From: Gracilinanus agilis
Taxonomy: Eukaryota
Assembly (NCBI RefSeq): GCF_016433145.1
Contig: NC_058135.1
Coordinates: 271,151,307 to 271,215,306 of the forward strand
Direction of reading: 5' to 3'
DNA length: 64,000 nt
Below, one piece after another: positions 48,374 to 59,800 of this stretch; the stretch's first letter is position 1; each line of letters starts with the position of its first letter. Both the position numbers and the translations under genes were made by a program. A model generated the notes under the pieces. That model was not told the origin of the DNA and searched no databases. It saw only the letters and a list, made by a program, of their open reading frames with translations.

Positions 48374-48600
48374 CCGACTGCGCTGCTCCAGCGGCCCGGG
48401 CGGGACGGACTAGACGGGACGGACGGGGGCGGACAGGGCAGGCGGGGTGCCTGGCGCGGGGAGCGCGCTGGGGCCGAGCCGGGCTGCGGAGGGGATGGCC
48501 CCTGCTCCGACCGCAGCTCCCGGCGGCTGTGTCTCCGACTCGCTCTCCCCCTCGCACTTTTCCCCGAGCCTCGTGATGTCACGAAGCGGCAGCCAATCAC
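48374..48600 (-). promoter_or_regulatory. Putative CHRM4 promoter and non-coding exon 1
   Basis: Minus-strand donor |GTAAGT (ACTTAC at 48368-73) within a CpG island. Upstream on the minus strand lie a palindromic CRE/ATF-like TCGTGATGTCACGA (48571-84) and a CCAAT box (48593-97). Implied intron 41675..48373. Confidence 0.55.
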
Positions 48601-50099
48601 CGCGGGGCACCCCGCGGGCTGCCGGCCCCGCTCGCCGCGCCTCGCCTCCCTCCGCGCAGCCCCGAGCCGCTTCGTGTGCTCCCCTCCGCGGGGCGGCAGC
48701 AGTTGCGCTTCGGGCCGGGGTCCTGTAGGGGACCCCGGGCGGCGTGCGTGCGTGCGTGCGTCTGGGGGGGACACCGCCCCGGGAGAGAGCACCACGTGCC
48801 TGCCTCGAGCTGGGGCCCAGCGGTGCCCAGGGCCCACCCCAGCCCGCGCCGCCTCCCTCCCCCTGTGCAGGGGTCTTCTTGGGGGTCGGGGCGGGGAATG
48901 AGCTCTGAAGTCACCGGGCTTCAGGCCTGAGACTGCTTTGTGGCCCGACACCTTGTTGGGGGACCCTGGCATCCTGGCCAAGGCGGGGAGAACCAGAAGC
49001 CGGGATGGGCTCTGACCGTCAGGGGTAACGCAGGAGCCGCGGATGGGGCAGCCTGGCCCAAGGGCACTTGGGATGGAGGCGAGAGCACGGACTCTCGTGA
49101 AGATCCGGATTTGGGGCCCGATGCCGGCCGGCTGCTCCACCTGCCCGGAGTGTCTGCCCCGCCTCGGCCAGTGGCCCTGGCTGGGCAGGTGGGTTCAAGA
49201 GCTTCCTGGCTTCCCGCCCCGGGCATCAGGGCTGCCGCCACACGCGCCCCCTCCCCCAGCCTGGCAGAGCTGCCTCGACTCCGCTCTCCAGGGATGCTGA
49301 AGATGGGCTTGTTCTTTCCATGGCACAGCCCAAACCCCGCCCAGCCCCCGCCCTCCCTGGGCGATCCTCTTCTCCGTGGCAGCCCCGTAGCCCGACCCTT
49401 CGGCAGGCAAAGCTGCCCGCCCTTCCCCTCCGCAGCCGGGCTAGCAGGCGATGAGGGCTGCGAGGGTCCGGAGGAAGCCGGAGCGCCCGGCGCCGGTGGG
49501 GGGCGGGGCAGGCGGGAGGGGGTTCCGTGGCGGCCGGGGAGAAGCCGCGGGGTCAATGGCTTGGGAGGCATTTTCTGGGGCTTTTCCGGGGTGAGGCTGG
49601 GTGGGGCTCGGGCCTCCCTCCCGGTGTGGAGCCCCTCGGGCCTGCCACAAGCTGCGGGACCTGCAAAGAGGATGCCCGAAGGCCCCAAACTTGGGGGAGC
49701 CCGCGGGGGCGGGGCGCTCTCCTCTCCAGAGCAGGGCTGGGCGCTCACTCCGCCCTCTGCAGGACCAGCTTCCTACCAGCTCCCACACCGAGAAGCACCA
49801 GCCCGAGCTCTCCCGGGCTAGAGCAGAGCAGAGGCTGGGGGAGAAGGCCTCCAACGTCCTCCCCCAGGGCAGGCGGATCTGGCTCCCCTGGTTCCTCACT
49901 CGGGCTTCCCTCCCCGAATTCTGCAGGGAGAGAGCTGCATCCAGGGCCTTGACTAAGAGCCCACTAAGGTGGGGGCTGAAAAGATCCACGTCGCCCGGAA
50001 GCGCTTTGGCACATCATCTCTCGCCTCCATTGGGCAGGGGCCCCCCTGTCCCGGCCGGTGGTGCTAGGAAGAGAGGCAGGAGCGAAGGGTAGCCATCAG

Positions 50100-50105
50100 T
50101 TTAAT
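50100..50105 (-). terminator. Probable AMBRA1 poly(A) signal (ATTAAA)
   Basis: TTTAAT on the plus strand at the end of an AT-rich block (~50090-50295) that contrasts with the GC-rich surroundings and looks like a terminal 3' UTR. Confidence 0.6.
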
Positions 50106-50839
50106 GACATTGATCTTTGGTGTTTCCCTCGTGAGCGCTCAGGCCTTCCCCCTCTCCTCCCACCAAAATGTCTCTATGATGAGTTACAAACAGAAAGAAA
50201 TCACATCTTTTATACTAAAAACAAAATCATCAGAGCCTTGATTTCTCCACTAGAAACTACATGTACAGTTCAAGATTTCACATGCAACACCTGACGTGAC
50301 GGACGCCTCCCCCTCTGACCCGGAGCTGCACCCCTCGCCCGGCCGGAGCCGGGCAGATGCCCAGGGTCATAATACTGACACACGCGGCCGCGGCCCGGCG
50401 GGGGCTGGAGAGGGGCCCCTTCAGCCCAGAGCCGCCCCCCACCAGTGGAGTTCTTCCTCCACCCCAGCCGCCGTGCCCTCCTCCCTCCGGGCTCTCCCCA
50501 GAGCTGGAAGACGTGATGTGCTCGAGGCCTTCGGCCCCCCTCCTGGCTGCCCCACGAGGTCAGAGGAAGCCCGTCCCGGGCCCCAGAGGCCCGCCCCATG
50601 CACCGGGCCTCGGCGCGCTCCGAGGGGAGGCCCGAGGGATGGGCTCGGCAGGGAGTGTGTCCCGGACTCTGGGAGGGCGATCGGGGGAGTGTGGCCGCGG
50701 TGTCGCTCGGGTGCCTCGTCCCTGGTACCCCGTGTGCCCTCGGGGCCGGCGGTGTGTCCGCGTGACAGTTCCTAGTCAGCTCTGAGGTCCGGTCTCCGCT
50801 CGGCAGCGTGCAGGCAGGCGCCAGCGGGCACGGCGGTCT

Positions 50840-53800
50840 CTACCTGTCCCTCGGCTCTCCGTCGGGGCACCCGGTGCTGTCCGAAAGATGGTTGTTGTTG
50901 GTTAGATCGCTGTACGAGATTGGTCCCACAGTGCTCGGGGAGGCCGGCCTGGCGGGGGCTGTCCGGTGGCTCAGGCCTCGCTCCGCCGGCGAGCCCAGCT
51001 CTGTGAGGCCGCGGCCCTCAGGCTCCGGGGCCGGCCCCCGGGAAGTGGAGGGCTGGGGAGCCGCGCCGTCGGCGGGCCCCGGCTCGGTGCCGGTTTGGGA
51101 GCTGCGGTGGATGCGGTGGCTCACGATGATGTTGTTGCCGAAGCCGCCCATGGAGGCCATGGTGGTGCTCTGCTCCCGCTGCACCACAGCCGTCATGCCG
51201 CCCTCGGCCATCAGCCTCTGGATCCGGGTGAGCGCGTCTTCCCCTCCCGGCCCGTACTCCGGACCCTCGCCTGAAAGCACAAAGAAGCAAAGGAGGGAAT
51301 GAGCGGAGACGGGACCCTGCGGGCTCCACGGCCGGCCCGGTGTGAGTGAGCAAGACCTCCCGGAGCTCCCCATCTTACTCTACCCTCCTCCAAAGGCGGC
51401 CTCTGAGGCCTCACCAGGGGAAGTGACTCCCAGCCTGCTCTCCCACTTTCCACTCTCCTCACCCCGAGGGCACGAAGGGGAGCCACTCGGCAGGCCTGGG
51501 GCTTCCCCTTAGACGAGCTTCCATCACCACCTCTGTTCGGCAGCACTGGGGGAGCCCCACATGCCCCCCAAATACTGATGGGAGAAAGCTGAGGTCACCC
51601 CAGCAGCCAGGGAGGGCCCGGGCACCGGGCGAGGGCAGCGCTAAGGAAACGCCTCTCACAGTTTTGTGGGGATCCCACACGGTCCCTGTGCTGGGTGCTG
51701 GCAGTCCCTGAATTCTGCAGGGGCTTCTCTTCCCCTAAACGAGTGCTACGGCCACCCTGGGGACTTCAGTCAGTCACAAGCGGGGTTGGTCCTGGGACTG
51801 GTCCTACCTCGCCCACCCCAAACCAAGAGGTTCTGCCTCCCCGCCTTCATCCCAGGCAGGCTAAGGCCTGGCCAGGGTGGCTGAGGCTCTTCAGAACCAG
51901 TTTAAGCCTTTTGCTTCTCCTGAGGTGGTCCAATGCAGGAGGAGCCAAGGCCACCCGTCCTGGCCTTGGCACCGGACCCAGCTGCTCCTCAGCAGATGGC
52001 AGAGTGAACGTGTGGGGTCTGCCGCTGAGGATCGCCAGCGGCCCAACCCCGGGCACTTCCTCCTGACCCGAGGCCTGGCTGGCCTTGGCTTCCTCTCCGT
52101 CCTGGGGGACAGGCTAAGGTTTTTGGCAACTTCATTTATTAGCCAGGCTTCTGGGCTGCCTCCGCCAGGCTGGCTGGGCCCAGAGGACTTGTTTCTGCAG
52201 CTGTTCCCTGGCTTGCTTTTCTTTCCTCTTTGCTGACGGCTCCTTTTTTATGAGCTTCCATTCACTGCTCACCGGCCCAGGGCCTTCTGCCCTGCCTTGT
52301 TAGAGATGAGCTTCCGGGGCAGCCTGACGCACGGGTCCTTGCAGAGGCCTCACGAATGCCGTAGTAGCTCGTGTTTCCCCCAGGCTGCCCCTTGGCCTGG
52401 CCCTCCATTTCCCTCCCCAGGCAGGAACCCACGGGGGACCCCCTGCCATGGGCCCTTCTCTCCTGGCTGTGATGGAGAGGCCCTCAGGCAGAAGCCACCC
52501 GGAAGGTTGAGGGAACTGTCTAGCAGGCTGGTGCTGAAATGGGAGCAGGGATGGGACCCCCGTTGTCCCCCCCACTGATGAGCCCAGCCTGGCCTCACCG
52601 GGGTGCTGACTCGGCTAATGGCACGCCCCGCCGGCTCGCACCATTCCCCCCAGGAAGAGGCCCAGAGCTGTCCAAGAACTTTGTCTGTCGTCAAACGCCC
52701 CCCAGCACCGTCCCAGGGCATGTGCTGGTCTGGCCGGAGTCCCACTGGCAACGGGGCTTGGGATGCCGGGCTCTGGGCCTGCTGCATGATGGGTTCTTTT
52801 GTGGTGGCCCGTTTCCAGGCACGGGAGTGTGCTGCCGGGGCTGATGTGGGCCCCACTTCTCTGGGCAGCTTCCGGCAGATGCCCCCCGGTTGGGCCCCGA
52901 CTTGGGGAGAGCCACGGCTGACCAGAGTAGGCCCGTGGCCATGCTCAGCCTCCACCTCTTCCACAAAGGGCTTCTGCAAGGCCGTGTGTCAGGTGGACTC
53001 GGCTTTGTCCGCCGTCCCTCCCAGGGCTCGAGGGCTGTTTCGCGCCAACGCTAGCCCTGGCTGTCCTCGGCCAGGGAAGAGACGAGGCGTGTGGGAAGGC
53101 GATGGGGAGCTCAGGAGACGACAGGACGGAAGTGTGCCGCCCTCCTCTGGGAGCACAGAGAGCCCTGGGACGGCTGTTTGAGACGAGGCCCGATTTGGTG
53201 TGGACGCCTGCTTTTCTCAGCAAATTCTAGGCCACCCTCTGTACGGGGGCAGCTAGATCAGCCCCTTCCCACAATGCCCCAGAAGACGGCCTTGGCCAGG
53301 ACCTTATCCAGCCCTCCAGTCCCCTCTCCATCACGGGAGGGCCCTCAAGAGAAGAAGCAGCAGCACAGGGTGGGAGCAGAGGAACCAGGGAGGCCGAGGA
53401 GCTCAGCCAAAGGGTCAGGGCAGTCAGGGCCACTCATGGCCCTAAACTGGCCATTTCCTTTAGACCCTGAGATCCCCTCCGGACCGCCACAGGGCTCGAG
53501 AGCAGCTGAGGAAGCTCCTCTGGGCAGGGCTCACTCTGGAAAGCTTTCAGGCCCATCAATCCCATCACGGCAGGCTCAGGGCCTTCGGACGCTGGCTGGG
53601 GAGGGAGAGCTGGGGCTGGGCAGGCCGCTGGCAGCAGCACAGCTCTTTGCTCCGTTCATTAGGAGCTGAGAGAAAAGCCATGAGCAGCTCCGGAAAGCAG
53701 GTGATCCAGAGCTGGGTCCCGTCTGGGCCCACCCATCTGTTTTCTGCTGACTGTGCTGTAGGCTGGGCACAGGGCGGGGAGCTAGTCTTGGGCTGCCTGG

Positions 53801-56800
53801 GGAGGGAAATGGAGGGCCAGGCCAAGGGGCAGCCTTGACTTGGGCCCCAGCAAAGCGTCCAGAGAGTCCGGAATCGAGGGAGAGGCCACACCCCTGCTGC
53901 CACATTCCCAGGCAGAGCCTTCCAGAGTGACTGATGTGGGCAGCAGACACGGGCAATAGCTGTCCTGTGGGCTCACTGCCAGGGGAGTCCTACAGGGGAC
54001 TCGGGGTCGCTGGGCTTCAGCATGTCTGTGCAACGTTGCTGACCTGGAAAGGAGCCGGGATGCCAGCAGGCCCCGGAGCCCAGGCTGGGCTGAGCCCAAG
54101 CTGGAAGGAAGCAGGGCCTGGGCCGGGCAGGAGGCTGCCTGCACGACTGTCTCATGAGGAGGCGGCTGAGTTCTCCACTCCCCTGGCCTTGACCCAGCTC
54201 CAGGGCGAGTCCGGTCCCTGGGCCGGGTGCAGCCACGGTACGGGCGGACGTTTAGAACGCTAAGTCCTCCCATCACACTACGGAACCAGACTAGGGTAAA
54301 CTCCTCCCGAGGGGGACCTGGGGACACTGGCTCCTCTCTGCTCGGTCCCCCCAGGGTCCCTCCTCCGGGGGGTCTCTCACAGCCACAGAGCTCTGTGCAG
54401 GCCGGACAAACTTGTCTGCCTGTCAGCCGCCTTGTCTGAAGTCTGGGCTGACTTAGGGGGGTACGAAAGCTTTGGAGGGAGAACAGGCTCTTTAACACAG
54501 TGGATGACAGACTCTGCTGTTTCCAAGTGCTAATTGGTTCTTCCAAGTGCAAGGCCAGTGCCCAGCACGAGGAATATGGCTGGCTGGACTCCAGCCACCC
54601 GAGGGGCAGCCGGCAGGACGGGGTCCTCCGGGGGCCCCCCGATGGCTGAGCTCAGTCACTATGGGGGGTGTTATGTGCAGTGGAGGACTTGGGAGGGACA
54701 TGTCAACTGTCCTATCAGTGGAACGTTGGAAAAGCTGCCCCCTGGGCTGGTTCTGCTCGGTCCCGGTGGACAGAAGCAGAACCATAGCAGGAAGGGCTCC
54801 CCGGCAGCAAGAGCCATTCAAAAGCATAAGGACAGCCAGGCCGGGAGCTGGGAGGTCCTGGGGTCAGATCTGGCCTCAGACACTTCCTAGCTGTGTGATC
54901 CTGGACAAGTCACTTCACCCTCACTGCCTGGCCCTTACGTAATGCGCTTCTGTCTTAGAAACCATCGCAGCATCAGTTCTAAAGCAGAAGGTAAGGGTTT
55001 AAAAAAAGAAAGAAGAAAGCAGAAGGGACTGCCCAGGAGAGCAGGGCAGAGTGGGGAAGACTGCGTGGCCAACAGTGGGTGGTCATTCTGTGGCGTTAGC
55101 GCTCCCTCCGTTCCAGTATGGAGATCCTGTGCAGCCACAGGCTCTGTCTCGCCCATCCTGGGCCAGGCAAAGATCCTCCCCACACCATGTGCCCCCTCCC
55201 TCACCGCCCCGAGGCCTTGAGGGTGCCAGGGTTCAGAGGGAGGAGGGAGACGGGGCAGAGCCCAGAAGGGCGGTCAATCAACAGGAAACCCCAGCATCCC
55301 CCTAACTCACTCTGGGGAGGAACCGGGGGGAGGACGCTCCCCTGGCTGGAGGCAGAGCCAACTCCTGGAGGAGCCTGGTCAAGAGAGAAGGCCCTGTGAA
55401 AGCCTCGACTCGGGTCAAGCGCAGCTCTCCACCGGACTCCTGAATGGACCGGGCTCTTCTGTGACCTCACCCGACCCCAATCATGGTCACCCCCCCTCCC
55501 CAGCAGGGAGTTCCTACCTTCGCCGGACCCTGAGGCGGCTGCTCCCAGCTCCTGTACCTCCCTTTCCGTCTGCGTTTCGGCATTTTGCAGCTGAGGTGCC
55601 AAAGTTTGGGTGCCCTGAGATGTCACTGAAGTGGTCGGGTGCCGGGGCTGGAGGCCAATGGCACTCATTAAGCCCATGTCCCTGTCTGTCCTCCATGTGG
55701 CTCTGCTGCTCCTAGGTAGAGACAGAAAACAGAAGTTTCAGACCTTTCTAGCCGAGTGACCCTGGACAAGTCACTTAACCCTCATTGCCCTCAGTGCTCT
55801 TCTGCCTCAGAGGCGATACCTAGTATTGACTCTAAGAGGGAAGGGAAGGGTTTAAAAATAAACAAAAGGCTGAAGTCGGGCCAGGCCTCTCCCTGAGCCT
55901 GGGCATCTTCCAGTCTCTCCTGTCTGGACCTACATTCCTTCCCAGACGGGCCCGGCCCAATCCTCCCACTGGGCGAAGGCTCAGCCTCCTGGTCTTGACA
56001 AGGCTGGTCTTCGGGGAGAGACGCTCAGGCCACCATTCACCTTTCCAGCGTGGCGGAGCCTGGCAGAGGCTTGGAGCATCCAGGGTCAGCTCCCAGCCAT
56101 AATGAGGCATCAGAGCCGAGAAGCTGGAAAATTCAGTAAGGAAAACGAACAGCACCAGCGCGGGGCCCCTGGGGGAGATTCGAACAACTCCGAGGAAGTG
56201 AGGTCCTCAGAGTCCCGGCCAGCTCGGGGAATGAGCCTCTCCTCTCGGGATCGGCCTCTGTTCTCCGAGCACCCTGTGGACCCCGCTTCATCTCCTGGAG
56301 ACGGGAGGCTCTAGTCACATTGAAGCTTCCTGGGCCATCGAGCTAGGGGTCTGGGTTTCCCAGCTGGCCACAGAGCAGGGTCTCAGGTACAGTGAGGGAA
56401 CAGAACAATGACAAAGAATGTAGGGCAGGCTGGGTGGCTCAATGGACGGAGAGCCAGGACTGGAGACGGGAGATCCTGGGATCAAATCTGGCCTCAGCCC
56501 ATTTCTAGCTAGGTGACCCTGGGCCAGTCACTTAACCTCTATTGCCTAGTCCTAACCACTCTTCTGCCTTAGAACCAATACACAGAAACAATTCTAAGTG
56601 AGAATGTAGGGGTTTAAAAAAAAAATTAAAAAAAAGAATGTTAGGAGATGGAGAGAGAGATGTGCCCCATTCTAACTGGCTGCTCTCCCCATCTTCCCCC
56701 AAAACTTACCCGGGCCTCTCACTGTTCCTGCTGTTGGAATGGACGGTGAAGACTGTCTCATTCAACTGGTCCCAGTAGTACTCAACACCAGAGTTTAAGG

Positions 56801-59800
56801 CCCTAAAAGGCAGAGGTGGCGGAGGAGAGGGTGTTGAAGGCATTAAGAGGGGACCATGAGACTCTGGCTCCCCCCCATTCCCCATGAGTCTGAGGGCTTG
56901 GGCCTGGAAGAACTCATCTCTTCTCTTTCCTAGGGATGGAGAGAAAAAATCGGGGAGGAAGGCTACGTGGCCTTGGGCTCCCTCCTTCATGAAGATGCTC
57001 TTCCATAAGGGAGGGAGGGACAATGCCAGGAGACAGAACTTGGGTCGTTCTGGTTCTGGGCTGCTTCTCCTTCCCCTGTGGAATGAGTGCGGAGATGTGA
57101 CTCCTGGCTCTGCTTTCCACTACCTAATGGGGTAGTCATTCGGGCTCACCAGGCCTCAGGTTCCCATCTGTAAAATGAGGGAAAACAAAGAGGCAACTCC
57201 TTGAGGTTCCTCCCAATTTCTCTGAAATCAAGGCCGCTGGTCCTCAAATCTACCCTCCATCTTCGGAGATATGGTTCATGCACTCGCCACAGTAAGACCT
57301 GCCCATGTCCAGGACAGAGTGGTTCCTCAGGAAAAAAGCTCCCATTGTCTATAGATGCTTTACCCTCAAACAACCTTGTAAATATTCTAATTTCCATTTT
57401 GAGGATGAGGAAAGGGAGGCTCAATGATAAAGCGATCGGCCCAGCGTGGCACACGACTGAGTGAGTACTGCTGCTTCCGAGCCACGTATCCCAACGTCAA
57501 GGCCAAGTCCACAGCACTGGCAAAGCTGGCTAATGGGAAGAAACTGAGGAGGAGGTCTAGAGACATCCCAGTCTGTGCCCTGGCCTGGAAAGATGTCTCA
57601 TATGCTGGCTGAACTAAAGGAATGCGGAGAGCAGAGAGAACTGGGACCTGGCGGGGAAACTAGGTTTCCCAGATGTCATGTCCGTTAGGATGGCTATGGT
57701 CGTGGCCACATCAAGATAAAGGGGTGCCTTGAGCATGAGGCCCCCTCTTCCCGAGGGAAAGAGTGCAAGCTAACAGAGCCAGCAGCTTTAGAGCTGCTCT
57801 CCAAGGGCCCCTTTCTCCTGTTCTTGGAGGACTCTGCAATCCCAATGGGGAGGCCTAGTTCAGGGCCTGAGAGGAGCATCATCTTTTCCTCAGTCTCTTC
57901 TTTTTCAAGTAGTACATCCCACCTCCTCCTCGCACTAATGGCTACAACAGGGGTATGGGCTGGGAAAAACAAGAACAAAGGCGGGGTGAAGATGAAGGGG
58001 GAGAATACCAACCACAGATTGGGCACACATCAAGCCAGAGATGCCCCCACCCCACATCAAGCTGGAACCACATTTTTTGGATGCACTAATCCTGGCTGCA
58101 TGAAGCCCCATGTGAAAGCAGCTGCCTGGGAGCCACTGATTTACAAACTTGTCAAAATTTATTGACAGATGGCAACACTGTGCAGGGCGCCTGCCAGAAA
58201 CACGCCTCTGTACTTCTCAACAGCCAGGGCTGTCGTGGCAGAAAACTGTTCACACCAAACCTACAAGGCAACCGTGTCCCCCTTGACAAGGAACCTTCCC
58301 AGCTTGGAAAAGATGTCACCAGAAGGCCTGCTCTCCAAGGGGTTACTGAGTGGTGCTGGCTGGCAGAGGGTCCCCCCCATCATGCAAAGGTTGCTTCCCA
58401 TCTGGACTAAATGCGTCACCGGGCCTGCCAGCTAGAAGCGGAAGGGCCAGCCTCTGTACAGGAAAGGAAGGCTCAAGAACTGTGGATAGAAGCAAAACCA
58501 AGCTGCAGACTCCTCCTCTTGCTGACAAACGGTTCCCTACGCTTTCTGCCACCAAAAGGCAGCCCCGATTCCAGGCCTCAATCCTCCTGTCTTCACATGG
58601 TCAGACCAATCCAGTGACAAGGCCTGGGGCCTAGACTCACAGTCCAATGGCTACTATCATGAAGAAGGGGATAGACACCCTTTTCTGCCTAGAGCTAAAC
58701 GTCTTGCTGCTTTGAGAACTCGGGCTGTGACTTTCTGGTTTTTAAGACAAAGAATGACTGCCGTCATCTTCTTTCCTCCTTTTGGGGTCCTGAGGGGGAT
58801 GAATGAGTCAATGTTCCTCTTAAAAGACAAGATAATGAAGAGGGGCAGAAAGGCCAACCTGACTTGGGCCTCTCCCAAACTCCTTAGATTTAATACCCTG
58901 TTGGCTGCTCGTGGAGATAGATGGCATCACCTTGAAAGTGTGCTCGGATTGCTGGGCTTTTATAATGACCCTTTTACTGCTGGGGCACTTCTGGGTAATC
59001 TGAATAGACCAAGGAGCCATCCTTGGATATTTTTCCTTTCCTAAAAGCCTTACCTTCTCAGTAGCAAATCTAAGATAGAAGAGTGGCAAGGGCTAGCCAA
59101 CGGGGGTTAAATGACTTGCCCAGGGTCACACAGCTGGAAGTGTCTGAGGCCAGAGTTTAGTGGATGCCTCTTTGGCCATTTTCCCTGACCACAGCCATCT
59201 CTGAGGGCTGCAGGACCAAAGAAACGAAGCTCACTGGGCCTTGCTCTTCATTTCTAGCCCTTGTCAAACATCTTCTTTGTCTGCTCTCCTTGCACTCTGC
59301 CATCAGTTCTACGGTTGTGTGGTGGTGTTGGGGGGGGGAGACTGCTGAATGAGGTCATATCCCAGAATGTGTGTGCCTCAGACTGGTTTTTACCTGAAAC
59401 CCGAGGGCTGTCTAAGATCAATCAAGGCAGAAAGAACATCGACTGGGATAGCTGGGAACAAATTTGGGGCTCTCCTCCATTAGAGGTTAAAGAGATACCA
59501 CTGCTGATGGCTTGTGATTTATTCTGGAAGCTGGATAGTTTCACTTCATGCCAGTGCTTAATTATCCCTTTCAGTCTTAGGAGACAGTAGGATAGTGGAA
59601 AGAAAGCTTAACACAGCATCTCAGGACCCCAGCTTGAGCCATCTCTTACTACCACTACTGTGTGACCTTGGGTAAGTCACTTTACTCCACTGGCTAGAGA
59701 GGTCTGGACTAGATGGCCTGTGGGCTCTGGATCTGAGGTAGGGAAGTGGAACCGTTATGGAATAGCTCCTTCCATTGCTCTCTTAGCTACAGGATGCGTG

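Noticed and set aside
45000-55000. Numerous 100-270 aa ORFs on both strands
   Set aside because: Low-complexity G/P/R/A products typical of GC-rich non-coding DNA; only the AMBRA1 last exon has recognisable coding sequence.
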